Shown: in pieces, positions 16,236 through 25,417 of the stretch
Numbering within the stretch: the stretch's first letter is position 1
Layout of the letters: the number at the start of each line of letters is the position of its first letter
Assembly (NCBI GenBank): GCA_963630475.1
Contig: CAVGNO010000001.1
Coordinates: 16,092 to 41,508, forward strand
Source of the DNA: Blautia faecis
GTDB lineage: Bacteria; Verrucomicrobiota; Lentisphaeria; Oligosphaerales; Oligosphaeraceae
Direction of reading: 5' to 3'
DNA: 25,417 nucleotides
The notes under the pieces: generated by a model
What the model saw: only the letters and a program-made list of their open reading frames with translations
Databases searched by the model: none
What the model was told of the DNA's origin: nothing
Translations under genes and position numbers: made by a program

Positions 16236-19200
16236 CTATAACAGATGGCGGTGGTACTCTTGCAAGCTGCAGACTTCGAAGCGGCCGCAGTCCTGCTGTT
16301 CGGCGAGACCGTGGATGGCGGCGGCGGCGCCTGCAATTGTCGTTGTGACCGGGATGCCGGCGGCAGTCGCGCCAGAACGCATCCGCGATCCGTCAGTTGC
16401 TTCGTTCGTATCGGCATCAGTCGTATTGATCACCCAGTTCACTTGCCGGTCCTGCACGAGGTCGAGCAGATTCGGGCGGCCTTCGGAGAGGCGGAAGAGC
16501 GCATTTGGCTTCAAGCCATTTTCCCACAGCAGCGTCGCGGTGCCGCGTGTCGCATAGAGCGTGTAGCCCAACCGCGTGAGCTCCTGCGCTAAGCCGACCG
16601 CTTCGGCTTTATCCTCGTCCTTAACCGATAGGAAGATATTTCCGGAGTCGGGCAGACGGCTTCCCGCTGCAAACTGGCTCTTCAGATATGCGATATTGAC
16701 ATCGCGGTCGAGGCACATCACTTCGCCAGTCGATTTCATCTCCGGAGTCAATGTGATATCGACGCCGGGGAATTTGACGAATGGGAAGACAGCTTCCTTG
16801 ACTGCGTAATATGGCAATTGCACTTCTTCGGTGAAGCCTTGGTCGGCGAGGCTCTCGCCCAGCATGCACAGCGCTGCGACTTCTGCTAGATGGACGCCAA
16901 TTGCTTTGCTGACAAATGGGATAGTCCGCGATGCGCGCGGATTGACTTCAATCATGTAAATCTGATCGCCCTTCACTGCCAGCTGCATATTCATCAAGCC
17001 GCAGACATGCAGTGCGGATGCGAATTGCCGCGCGTAATCGTGAATCTGCTCCAGCACAGTTTCGGAGAGGCTGATCGGCGGCGTGATGCTCGCAGAATCG
17101 CCGGAGTGGCATCCCGCCGGCTCGACGTGTTCGAGAATTGCGCCGACGACAGTCTGTTCGCCATCCGAGACGCAATCGACATCCAGTTCGACCGCGTGTT
17201 CGAGGAAGCGGTCAATCAATATCGGCTTGCCTGCGGAGATTTTTGCGGCTTCTTCGACAAAGCGGCGCAGTGATTCTTCGTGGCGCACAATCACCATTCC
17301 GCGGCCGCCGAGGACGAAGCTCGGGCGCACGAGCACGGGGAAGCCGATGTCATGCGCAATTGCCATCGCTTCTTCGGGCGTTGTCGCAATCCCGCTTTGC
17401 GGCTGCAGGATTCCGATTTTCGTTGCAAGCTGCTTGAAGAAATCGCGGTCTTCTGCGCGGTCGATGTCGTCCGGCGAAGTGCCGAGGATATTGACGCCGG
17501 CCGCTTTGAGCTGCTGGGCAAGATTCAGCGGAGTCTGGCCGCCGAATTGCACGATTGCGCCGAAGCACTGCTCGCGTTCGTAGATGTGGATGATGTCTTC
17601 GAGTGTGAGCGGCTCGAAATAAAGTTTGTCGCTAGTATCGTAGTCGGTCGAGACAGTCTCGGGGTTGGAATTGACCATCACGACTTCATAGCCCGCGCGA
17701 TGAAGCGCATAAGCCGCATGGCAGCAGCAGTAGTCAAATTCGATGCCCTGGCCGATGCGGTTGGGTCCACCGCCGAGAATCATGACACTGCGTTTATCGG
17801 GATGCGCTTTTGGCGCGCTGCCATATTCAGCATAGCTACTGTAGTAGTATGGCGTGCTGGCTTCAAATTCGCCTGCGCATGTATCGACTTCGCAATAACT
17901 GGGAATGACGGCGGCATTGCGGCGTGCAGAGCGGACTTCGTCCTCGCTACAATGGAGCAGGAATGCAATCTGCCGGTCGCTGAAACCGAAGCTCTTGGCT
18001 TGCCGGAAGAGCGCAGTATCCTCTGCTAGTGCAGCGATGCTTCCCGCATGCGCAATTTCATCCTCGAATGCCGCCAGTTCCGCGATATGCCGCAGGAAAT
18101 ACGGGTCGATGCCAGTCAGTTGATGCAGTCGTTCGACATCCCATCCACGGCGGAATGCCGCGCGCACTGCGAAAATGCGGCTTGCATGAGGGCGCGCGAC
18201 TTCATCCGCCAGTTCCACGTCGTTGAGTGACTCGTACTCCGCGTCTTTGCCATCCGCGCCCAGGCCGGCGCGACCTGTCTCCAGCGAGCGCAGTGCTTTC
18301 TGCAAGCTCTCCTTAAGATTACGGCCGATTGCCATCGCTTCGCCGACGGATTTCATCTGCGTACCCAGCGTCGTGTCCGCACCCGCGAATTTTTCAAATG
18401 TGAAGCGCGGCACTTTCGTCACGACATAATCCAATGCCGGTTCAAAGCAGCTCGGCGTCGATTTCGTGATGTCATTGCGGATTTCATCCAGCGTGTATCC
18501 GACTGCGAGGCGCGCTGCGATTTTCGCGATTGGGAAGCCGGTCGCTTTACTGGCGAGCGCACTGGAGCGCGAGACACGCGGATTCATCTCGATGATGATG
18601 CGGCGACCATCGGCTGGATTGACCGCCCACTGGACATTGGAGCCGCCGGTCTCGACGCCGATTGCTTCCAGCACGCGGATGCTGTCATCACGCATCGCTT
18701 GGTATTCGCGGTCGGTGAGAGTCTGGATTGGCGCAATCGTAATGGAGTCGCCGGTATGCACGCCCATTGGATCGAGGTTTTCGATTGAGCAGACGATTAC
18801 GCTATTGCCGCGGCGGTCGCGCATCACTTCCATTTCGAATTCCTTCCAGCCAATCAGCGATTCTTCAATCAGCACTTCGCTATTGAGGCTGGCTTCCAGG
18901 CCGCGGCGGACGATTTCCGCAAATTCATCGGGATTATGCGCAATGCCGCCGCCGGTGCCGCCGAGTGTAAAACCGGGGCGAATAATCAGCGGCCAGCTCC
19001 CGATCGTCTTCGCAATCGCCAGTGCTTCATTTGCGGTGTGCGCAGAACCGGAGCGCGGCAGCTGCATGCCGATACTCTGCATCGTCTCCTTGAAGAGCTC
19101 GCGGTCTTCAGCGCGGCGGATTGCATCCGCATTCGCGCCAATCAGCTCAATGCCATAGCGCTGGAGGATGCCGGATTTATCCAGCTCCATCGCTAGATTC

Positions 19201-19487
19201 AGCGCAGTCTGACCGCCCAGCGTCGGCAAAATTGCATCCGGGCGCTCGCGGCGGATAATCTCCTTCAGGATGTCGCAAGTGAGCGGCTCGATGTATGTGC
19301 GATCCGCCAACTCCGGATCGGTCATCACTGTCGCGGGATTGGAGTTGGCTAATACGACTTCGTAGCCCTCGGCTTTGAGCACTTTGCACGCTTGCACACC
19401 GGAGTAGTCGAATTCACAGCCCTGCCCAATCACAATCGGGCCGGCGCCAATCAGCAGGATCTTCTTGATATCTGTACGTTTTGGCAT
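16236..19487 (-). CDS. carB: Carbamoyl-phosphate synthase large subunit
   Basis: [30 protein letters not shown] start, duplicated ATP-grasp halves ([15 protein letters not shown]), C-terminal MGS domain; GGAGG RBS. Confidence 0.98.
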   Translation of the reverse strand: MPKRTDIKKILLIGAGPIVIGQGCEFDYSGVQACKVLKAEGYEVVLANSNPATVMTDPELADRTYIEPLTCDILKEIIRRERPDAILPTLGGQTALNLAMELDKSGILQRYGIELIGANADAIRRAEDRELFKETMQSIGMQLPRSGSAHTANEALAIAKTIGSWPLIIRPGFTLGGTGGGIAHNPDEFAEIVRRGLEASLNSEVLIEESLIGWKEFEMEVMRDRRGNSVIVCSIENLDPMGVHTGDSITIAPIQTLTDREYQAMRDDSIRVLEAIGVETGGSNVQWAVNPADGRRIIIEMNPRVSRSSALASKATGFPIAKIAARLAVGYTLDEIRNDITKSTPSCFEPALDYVVTKVPRFTFEKFAGADTTLGTQMKSVGEAMAIGRNLKESLQKALRSLETGRAGLGADGKDAEYESLNDVELADEVARPHASRIFAVRAAFRRGWDVERLHQLTGIDPYFLRHIAELAAFEDEIAHAGSIAALAEDTALFRQAKSFGFSDRQIAFLLHCSEDEVRSARRNAAVIPSYCEVDTCAGEFEASTPYYYSSYAEYGSAPKAHPDKRSVMILGGGPNRIGQGIEFDYCCCHAAYALHRAGYEVVMVNSNPETVSTDYDTSDKLYFEPLTLEDIIHIYEREQCFGAIVQFGGQTPLNLAQQLKAAGVNILGTSPDDIDRAEDRDFFKQLATKIGILQPQSGIATTPEEAMAIAHDIGFPVLVRPSFVLGGRGMVIVRHEESLRRFVEEAAKISAGKPILIDRFLEHAVELDVDCVSDGEQTVVGAILEHVEPAGCHSGDSASITPPISLSETVLEQIHDYARQFASALHVCGLMNMQLAVKGDQIYMIEVNPRASRTIPFVSKAIGVHLAEVAALCMLGESLADQGFTEEVQLPYYAVKEAVFPFVKFPGVDITLTPEMKSTGEVMCLDRDVNIAYLKSQFAAGSRLPDSGNIFLSVKDEDKAEAVGLAQELTRLGYTLYATRGTATLLWENGLKPNALFRLSEGRPNLLDLVQDRQVNWVINTTDADTNEATDGSRMRSGATAAGIPVTTTIAGAAAAIHGLAEQQDCGRFEVCSLQEYHRHLL

Positions 19488-19500
19488 GACTGCGCCCTCC

Positions 19501-20604
19501 TTATGCTTCCTCGATTAAAGTGCAGAACTCCTCGAAAATGCCCTGCGAGTCGTGCGGCCCCGGCGCGGCTTCCGGGTGATATTGCACGCTGAATGCCGGC
19601 GCATGGCGATGCCGCACGCCCTCGACTGTTCCGTCGTTGAGATTAATACGCGTCATCTCCAGGACTCCCGCCGGCAGCTGCGAGAGCGCGTAATTATGGT
19701 TCTGGCTCGTGATTTCAACTGCACCCGTGAGCAGATTGCGCACCGGATGATTGCAGCCGTGATGACCAAATTTCAAGCGGCCGCATGCCGCGCCGCACGA
19801 CAGCCCTAACAGCTGATGGCCAAGGCAGATGCCAAACAACGGCACTTTGCCCACTAGCTGCTTGATATTCTCAATCGCATAAGGCAATGCCGCCGGATCC
19901 GCAGGACCATTCGAGAGGAAGACGCCATCCGGCTTCGCTGCCAAGACGACGCTTGCCGGAGTCGATGCGGGCACGACTTGCAATTTCATTCCGCATGCCG
20001 CAAGTCCGCGCAAGATATTGCGCTTTACGCCAAAATCGTAGACGACAACGCGGTACTTGCCGTTTTCGCCCCAAGTATACGGCGATGGCGTCGTCACATA
20101 CTGCGCATAATCCTGGCCATCCAGACCACTCCAACCGCGCGCGCGATCAACCGCTTCATCCGGAGACATCGCTGATGCGCTAGTGTGTAAATACGCTTTC
20201 TGTACGCCATGTTCACGCAGACGCAATGTCAATGCGCGCGTGTCTATCCCAGCAATGCCGCCGGTGCCATGCCGCAACATATATGCATCAAGCGATTCCA
20301 CGGAACGCCAGTTCGACGGCGCGTTGAGCTCATGAATCACCAGCCCCGCCAAAAAGACATCTCGCGATTCATCATCCTCGGGGTTGCAACCGTAGTTGCC
20401 GACTTCGGGAACTGTCAATGTAACAAACTGACCGGCATACGACGGATCTGTCAGAATCTCCTGATAGCCTGTCATGCCAGTATTGAACACTGCTTCGCCG
20501 ACGCAATCCGTCGGTGCGCCGAAGCCATATCCACGCAAGATTGTCCCGTCTGCTAACGCAAGGAATGCCTCGCGCTTGCGCTGCTGCTGCCAATTGAAAT
20601 CCAT
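19501..20604 (-). CDS. carA: Carbamoyl-phosphate synthase small subunit
   Basis: [36 protein letters not shown] and QYHPEA motifs. Start set at ATG 20604; the track's extra 73 aa cross the AT-rich promoter region. Confidence 0.96.
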   Translation of the reverse strand: MDFNWQQQRKREAFLALADGTILRGYGFGAPTDCVGEAVFNTGMTGYQEILTDPSYAGQFVTLTVPEVGNYGCNPEDDESRDVFLAGLVIHELNAPSNWRSVESLDAYMLRHGTGGIAGIDTRALTLRLREHGVQKAYLHTSASAMSPDEAVDRARGWSGLDGQDYAQYVTTPSPYTWGENGKYRVVVYDFGVKRNILRGLAACGMKLQVVPASTPASVVLAAKPDGVFLSNGPADPAALPYAIENIKQLVGKVPLFGICLGHQLLGLSCGAACGRLKFGHHGCNHPVRNLLTGAVEITSQNHNYALSQLPAGVLEMTRINLNDGTVEGVRHRHAPAFSVQYHPEAAPGPHDSQGIFEEFCTLIEEA

Positions 20605-20661
20605 AATGCGCAAAAAGAATTGTAATGCTCTGAATGTCGAATTTTTTGGTTCTCCATATAT

Positions 20662-20677
20662 AGCAAGAAAAATGCCA
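20662..20677 (-). promoter_or_regulatory. Sigma-54 (-24/-12) promoter motif facing carA
   Basis: Minus strand reads TGGCAT-TTTTC-TTGCT with correct GG-N10-GC spacing. Predicted transcript start near 20651, about 47 nt before the carA ATG. Confidence 0.65.
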
Positions 20678-20710
20678 TGGGCGTTTTCTACGTCACATCT
20701 CACGCTGGTC

Positions 20711-20770
20711 ATTACATATTTTGTAACGTGTTTCATTTTTACATTACACAATTTGTAAATCGTTACAAAT
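20711..20770. promoter_or_regulatory. Cluster of TTACA/TGTAA inverted boxes (candidate enhancer/regulator sites)
   Basis: ATTACA-TATTT-TGTAA (20711-20726) and ATTACA-CAATT-TGTAA (20743-20758) are 32 bp apart. A perfect ATTTGTAA-ATCG-TTACAAAT (20751-20770) overlaps the second. Confidence 0.6.
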
Positions 20771-20870
20771 AATAGCGTATAATAGCGTATTATGCGCAAG
20801 AGTGCTGTGCAGGGAAGATACATTATGGGAATGCCCTCCGACCTTCACGAATCCACGTACAATTGTATTT

Positions 20871-20886
20871 TGGCACGGCGTTTGCT
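20871..20886 (+). promoter_or_regulatory. Sigma-54 (-24/-12) promoter motif facing glnA
   Basis: TGGCAC-GGCGT-TTGCT matches the TGGCAC-N5-TTGCW consensus exactly, about 70 nt before the glnA ATG. Confidence 0.8.
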
Positions 20887-20955
20887 TTAGTCTGCGGCAT
20901 CCGATTTGAAATTTGTTTTTCTCTCATCCAACCGAAAATAAAGGAATCAATAACC

Positions 20956-23094
20956 ATGAGCAGTTTGAATCGTCAAAAGGCCATCGAGGCGGTCGCGGAG
21001 CGTTATCCGGCGCCTTTGAGCAAGCCGGCGCCAGTGGATGACGCAACCGCCCATTACGGCGAGGATGTGTTTGGTGCGGAAGCTATGCGTCAATGGCTGC
21101 CGCCATCGATTTTCACCCAGCTGCAGGGCACCATCGAGCGCGGCGAAGCGCTGAATCCGGAGATTGCCGGCGATGTCGCGAACGCGATGAAAGCGTGGGC
21201 GCTGTCACGTGGCGCAACCAGCTACACGCACTGGTTCCAGCCGCTGACGGGTGGCACTGCTGAAAAGCATGATTCCTTCCTGGAATTCTCGCATGGCAAA
21301 GCCATCTTCGAATTTTCCGGCAAGAGCTTGATTATGGGCGAGCCGGATGCTTCCAGCTTCCCGTCAGGCGGCCTGCGTTCGACTTTTGAAGCGCGCGGCT
21401 ATACCGCATGGGATCCGACCAGCCCGGCGTTCGTCAAGCGCCACAGCAATGGCGCGACGCTATGCATCCCGACTGCATTCTGCTCCTACACGAGCGAAGC
21501 GCTGGACAAGAAGACACCGCTGTTGCGTTCCATCCAGGCCATTTCGAAAGCGACCAAGCGCTTGATGAAGTGCTTTGGGCTGCCGGACGAGAAAGTCGCA
21601 GTGACGCTGGGTGTCGAGCAGGAGTACTTCCTGATTGACCGCCGCTTCTACTTGCAGCGCCCTGACCTGCTACAGACCGGCCGCACAGTCTTTGGTGCGC
21701 CGCCTGCGCGTCACCAGCAGCTGGAAGACCACTACTTCGGCGTAATCCGCCAGCGTGTGCTCAATTTCATGAATGAAGTCGAGATGGAGCTGTGGAAGCT
21801 GGGTATTCCGGCCAAGACGCGCCATAACGAAGTCGCGCCTGCGCAGTTTGAGCTCGCGCCAGTCTTCGAAGAGCTGAATCTGGCTTGCGACCACAATATG
21901 CTGGTCATGGAAGTCCTGCGCCAGACCGCCGAGCGCAATGGATTCTACTGCCTGCTCCACGAAAAGCCCTTCGCCGGCGTCAATGGCTCCGGTAAGCATA
22001 ATAACTGGAGTGTCAATTACGGCAAGAAGAATCTGCTCAATCCCGGCAAGGATCCGCATGAAAATGCAATCTTCCTGACCGTGCTGGCCGCAATCATTGA
22101 AGCTGTCGATATGCATGCAGATCTGTTGCGTGCAACCGTTGCGGGTGCAGGCAATGACCACCGTCTGGGCGCGAATGAAGCGCCGCCGGCCGTCATCTCC
22201 ATGTATCTGGGCGATCAGCTGGCCGATGTCATCGACCAATTGGTACACGGCGAAGCGAAGAGCAGCCGTCACGCGACTCCGATGCGAATCGGCGTCGATA
22301 CACTGCCGCAGCTGCCGCGTGACTCGACTGACCGCAACCGCACGAGTCCGTTTGCATTCACCGGCAATAAGTTCGAATTCCGTGCGCCGGGTTCCAGCCA
22401 GTCCTGCTCGGGTAATAATACCGTGCTCAACGTCATTGTCGCCGAAGCATTCGACCGCATGGCGGATGCGCTGGAGAAGCTGCCGGCCGATCAGTTCCAT
22501 GCCGGACTGCAGAAGCACTTGCAGGAAGTCATCTCCAAGCATCAGCGCATCATCTTCAATGGTGATGGCTATACCGAAGAGTGGCTCAAGGAAGCGGAGC
22601 GCCGCGGCCTGCCCAATGCGAAAAATACGCTCGAAGCGCTGGATGCGCTGGTCGCACCGAAAAATGTCGCGCTGCTTGAGAAGTACGGTGTGCTGATGCC
22701 GCGCGAAGTGCAGTCTCGCCACGCAGTCTTCCTGGAAGAGTACCGCAATAAAGTACGCATCGAAGCCGAGATTGCGCTCGACATGGCCAGCAGCATGGTC
22801 TATCCGACTGCAGCGCGCTTCTACGAACGCACAGTCCGCAGCTTAGCAGAAGCCAAGTCCGCCGGCCTCACCGCAGGAATCAAAGGCCAGACGATGCTGG
22901 CAGAAAGCACCGGAACACTGCTGGATGCACTCCAGACGCAATGCAAGGAGCTGCGCGCAAAACTCGACGGATGCCCGCTTGAAGTCCTCGCCGGCATGAG
23001 CGATCTGCGCAAAACTGTCGATGCACTTGAAAAAGTCGTCTCCGACGAATGCTGGCCGTTGCCGAAGTATCGCGAGATGCTCTTCGTGTACTAA
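20956..23094 (+). CDS. glnA: Glutamine synthetase type III
   Basis: 712 aa with YTHWFQPLTG.TAEKHDSF, GEPDASSFPSGGLR.TFEARGYTAWD, HEKPFAGVNGSGKHNNWS and WPLPKYREMLF motifs. ATG 20956 follows AAGGA. Confidence 0.96.
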   Translation: MSSLNRQKAIEAVAERYPAPLSKPAPVDDATAHYGEDVFGAEAMRQWLPPSIFTQLQGTIERGEALNPEIAGDVANAMKAWALSRGATSYTHWFQPLTGGTAEKHDSFLEFSHGKAIFEFSGKSLIMGEPDASSFPSGGLRSTFEARGYTAWDPTSPAFVKRHSNGATLCIPTAFCSYTSEALDKKTPLLRSIQAISKATKRLMKCFGLPDEKVAVTLGVEQEYFLIDRRFYLQRPDLLQTGRTVFGAPPARHQQLEDHYFGVIRQRVLNFMNEVEMELWKLGIPAKTRHNEVAPAQFELAPVFEELNLACDHNMLVMEVLRQTAERNGFYCLLHEKPFAGVNGSGKHNNWSVNYGKKNLLNPGKDPHENAIFLTVLAAIIEAVDMHADLLRATVAGAGNDHRLGANEAPPAVISMYLGDQLADVIDQLVHGEAKSSRHATPMRIGVDTLPQLPRDSTDRNRTSPFAFTGNKFEFRAPGSSQSCSGNNTVLNVIVAEAFDRMADALEKLPADQFHAGLQKHLQEVISKHQRIIFNGDGYTEEWLKEAERRGLPNAKNTLEALDALVAPKNVALLEKYGVLMPREVQSRHAVFLEEYRNKVRIEAEIALDMASSMVYPTAARFYERTVRSLAEAKSAGLTAGIKGQTMLAESTGTLLDALQTQCKELRAKLDGCPLEVLAGMSDLRKTVDALEKVVSDECWPLPKYREMLFVY

Positions 23095-23136
23095 GATAAT
23101 TTTTTCCTCCAATCCCAATAAAAGGAAATCATACCA

Positions 23137-24177
23137 ATGCTAGAACTACTCTTACCAGCCGGCTACAAGCCGGTATTGGATGAACTCGAAACCGAGAAGG
23201 CGATTCGCAAGATCAAGAACCTCTTCCAGGAGAATCTGGCCTTCGAGCTGTCACTGCAGCGTGTCACTGCGCCGCTCTTCGTCAAGTCCGGCACCGGTAT
23301 CAACGACAACCTCAACGGCATCGAGAAGCCGGTCAGCTTCGTCCTCAAGGATGCTGATGGCGTGACTGCTGAAATTGTCCACTCGCTAGCAAAATGGAAG
23401 CGTGTCAAGCTGGGTGCGCTGAAGACTCAGCCGGGCAAAGGGCTCTACACCGACATGAACGCAATCCGCCCGGATGAAGAAGTCGATAACTTGCACTCCT
23501 TCTATGTCGACCAGTGGGACTGGGAGAAGGTCATCACTGCGCAGGATCGCACACTGGATTACTTGAAGAGCACAGTCAAGCGCATCTACTACGCGATTCG
23601 CCGCACTGAAGCCGCAATCACTGCCGATTATCCGCAGCTGAAGCCCTTCCTGCCCGAAGACATCAAGTTCCATTTCACCGAAGATCTCGAGAAGGAATTC
23701 CCGGATCTGACTGCGAAGGAACGCGAAGACCGCGTTGCGCAGCGTGATGGCGCAGTCTTCATCATCGGTATCGGCGGCGCACTGCCGATCTCCGGCAAGA
23801 AGCACGACGGCCGTTCACCGGACTACGATGACTGGTCGACCGAATCCTGCCCCGGCCATCACGGCCTCAACGGCGATATCGTCGTCTGGAACCCCATCCT
23901 GAAACGCTCGTATGAGCTCTCCTCCATGGGTATCCGCGTGGATCCATCCGCGCTGAAGAAACAGCTGGAAATCGAAGGGCAGACTGCACGTCTGCAGCTG
24001 CAGTTCCACAAAGCGCTGATGGCTGGCGAGCTGCCGCTGACCATGGGCGGCGGTATTGGCCAGAGCCGTCTGTGCATGCTCTTCCTGCAGAAAGCGCATA
24101 TCGGCGAAATCCAGTGCAGCATCTGGCCTGAAGCCATGCGCAAGGCTTGTGCGGAACACAACATCCCGTTGCTGTAA
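23137..24177 (+). CDS. asnA: Aspartate--ammonia ligase (asparagine synthetase A)
   Basis: VHSLAKWKR, GLYTDMNAIRPDE, YVDQWDWE, ELSSMGIRVD and GGGIGQSRLCM motifs. Confidence 0.97.
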   Translation: MLELLLPAGYKPVLDELETEKAIRKIKNLFQENLAFELSLQRVTAPLFVKSGTGINDNLNGIEKPVSFVLKDADGVTAEIVHSLAKWKRVKLGALKTQPGKGLYTDMNAIRPDEEVDNLHSFYVDQWDWEKVITAQDRTLDYLKSTVKRIYYAIRRTEAAITADYPQLKPFLPEDIKFHFTEDLEKEFPDLTAKEREDRVAQRDGAVFIIGIGGALPISGKKHDGRSPDYDDWSTESCPGHHGLNGDIVVWNPILKRSYELSSMGIRVDPSALKKQLEIEGQTARLQLQFHKALMAGELPLTMGGGIGQSRLCMLFLQKAHIGEIQCSIWPEAMRKACAEHNIPLL

Positions 24178-24192
24178 CGCGGATAAAATCGC

Positions 24193-24240
24193 AACAAAAA
24201 CACTCATTCTGTCTACGCAGGATGGGTGTTTTTGTTTTGT
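24193..24240 (+). terminator. Rho-independent terminator after glnA-asnA
   Basis: AACAAAAACACTCATTCTG pairs with CAGGATGGGTGTTTTTGTT (with G-U pairs), loop TCTACG, U-rich tail. Confidence 0.8.
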
Positions 24241-24310
24241 GTTGATTTCATGTATCGACAATTCACCCAACACGTGATGTCGGACCGTGGGATTTGTTAT
24301 TTCCCCGTAT

Positions 24311-24335
24311 TAGGCCGGGGCTTGTCCCCGGCCTG
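24311..24335 (+). repeat. REP-like GC hairpin, second copy
   Basis: AGGCCGGGG-CTTGT-CCCCGGCCT. Its reverse complement matches 16204-16227 apart from one inserted base. Confidence 0.7.
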
Positions 24336-24409
24336 ATTTCATAAACCCAATTATATTTTGCGTCGTTACGAAAAACTGACACCAAAGCCAACATTCGAGG
24401 CGGTTATTT

Positions 24410-25417
24410 ATGAAACTTTCCCAGATGGTCGGGCAGCGTTTGCGCGAAGCGCCGCGTGATGCCCAGACTGCGAGTCACATATTTTTAGCGCGCGGCGGCT
24501 ATTGCCGTCCTGTTTCCACCGGCATTTATTCGTTATTGCCGTTGGGCAAGCGCATTACTTCCAAGATTGAGCGCATCATCCGCGAGGAGATGAACCGCAT
24601 TGACGGTCAGGAAGTCTTGATGCCAGTCGTATTGCCGGCGGAATTGTGGCAGCAGACTGGGCGCTGGTCAAGCGTCGGCGCAGAGTTGCTGCGTTTCAAG
24701 GACCGCAATGGCAAGGACATGGTTCTGGGCATGACTCATGAGGAAGCGGCTTGCCAATTGTTGCGCACTGAAGTGAGCAGCTATAAGCAACTGCCGGTGA
24801 TGATTTACCAGATTCAGACCAAATACCGCGATGAAGCGCGTCCACGCGCAGGCCTGATTCGCGTGCGTGAATTCACGATGAAGGACGCATATAGCTTCCA
24901 CACTTCGCAAGAGGATCTGGATCGCTACTACGAAGTGTGCCGCCAAGCGTATATCCGCATCTTCAACCGCATCGGCATCAAGAAATTCCTCTGCATCAAA
25001 GCCGACAGCGGCATGTTCGGCGGCAACCGTTCGGATGAATTCATGGCAATTGCGGATTGCGGCGAGGACGTGCTTTTCGTCTCACCCAGCGGGAACTATC
25101 AAGCTAACCGCGAAATTGCAGTCTCACCGCTGAAAGTGACGCCGGAAGAAGCACTGCCGATCGAGAAGATTTACACGCCGCATTGCAAAACCATCGCAGA
25201 TCTCGCGGAATATCTCAAGACGGACGCAGCGCATACTTGCAAAGCAGTCTTCTACAAAGACCACGAGAACAAGCTAGTCTTCGTCAATATCCGCGGCGAC
25301 TTGGAAGTCAATGAGACTAAATTGCAGAAAGTCTTGCATGAATCCAGCCTCACGTTTGCGGATGACGCGTTGATTCGCGAAGCCGGCGCAGTACCCGGAT
25401 ACGCGTCGCTGTACGGC
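24410..25417 (+). CDS. proS: Proline--tRNA ligase (bacterial type with insertion/editing domain), 3'-truncated by window edge
   Basis: Absent from the ORF track because no stop lies in the window. My translation from ATG 24410 (GAGG RBS) gives MKLSQMVGQRLREAPRDAQTASH...GMTHEE...YQIQTKYRDEARPRAGLIRVREFTMKDAYSFH. Confidence 0.95.
   Translation, partial: MKLSQMVGQRLREAPRDAQTASHIFLARGGYCRPVSTGIYSLLPLGKRITSKIERIIREEMNRIDGQEVLMPVVLPAELWQQTGRWSSVGAELLRFKDRNGKDMVLGMTHEEAACQLLRTEVSSYKQLPVMIYQIQTKYRDEARPRAGLIRVREFTMKDAYSFHTSQEDLDRYYEVCRQAYIRIFNRIGIKKFLCIKADSGMFGGNRSDEFMAIADCGEDVLFVSPSGNYQANREIAVSPLKVTPEEALPIEKIYTPHCKTIADLAEYLKTDAAHTCKAVFYKDHENKLVFVNIRGDLEVNETKLQKVLHESSLTFADDALIREAGAVPGYASLYG

Noticed and set aside
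20605..20823. 73-aa N-terminal extension of CarA given by the ORF track
   Set aside because: It crosses the AT-rich divergent promoter region, and CarA-like sequence begins only near ATG 20604.
21670..22722. 350-aa minus-strand ORF
   Set aside because: Antisense shadow of glnA; expected from codon bias in GC-rich genes.
24240..24409. T-box riboswitch upstream of proS
   Set aside because: No T-box GGTGGNACC antiterminator motif is visible, and the only strong hairpin is the REP-like repeat.

Overview
Bacterial chromosomal window, probably from a PVC-group organism such as a Lentisphaerae/Victivallales-like gut or rumen anaerobe (inferred from the prepilin/H-X9-DG gene plus GntR-LacI hybrid regulator). 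Left part (1-11860): the 3' end of a sialate O-acetylesterase-like gene, then a minus-strand carbohydrate cluster with no transporter gene. In transcription order it holds a GntR/LacI regulator, a pilin-like DUF1559-type protein, a Gfo/Idh/MocA oxidoreductase, a GH106-like protein, a 5-bladed propeller GH, a secreted clan GH-A protein and a GH36 alpha-galactosidase. Two copies of a 10-bp-periodic palindromic AACGG/CCGTT element bracket the six downstream genes, and each copy supplies a gene's stop codon. Right part: a nitrogen-assimilation block, carA-carB-argC-argJ-argB-argD on the minus strand, divergent from type III glutamine synthetase and asnA, followed by a partial proS. The most notable signal is a pair of back-to-back sigma-54 (-24/-12) promoter motifs between carA and glnA with repeated TTACA/TGTAA boxes between them, suggesting one enhancer co-activates glutamine, asparagine and carbamoyl-phosphate/arginine synthesis. 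No rRNA, tRNA, CRISPR array or transposase was recognised. All calls are by eye; no database searches were run.
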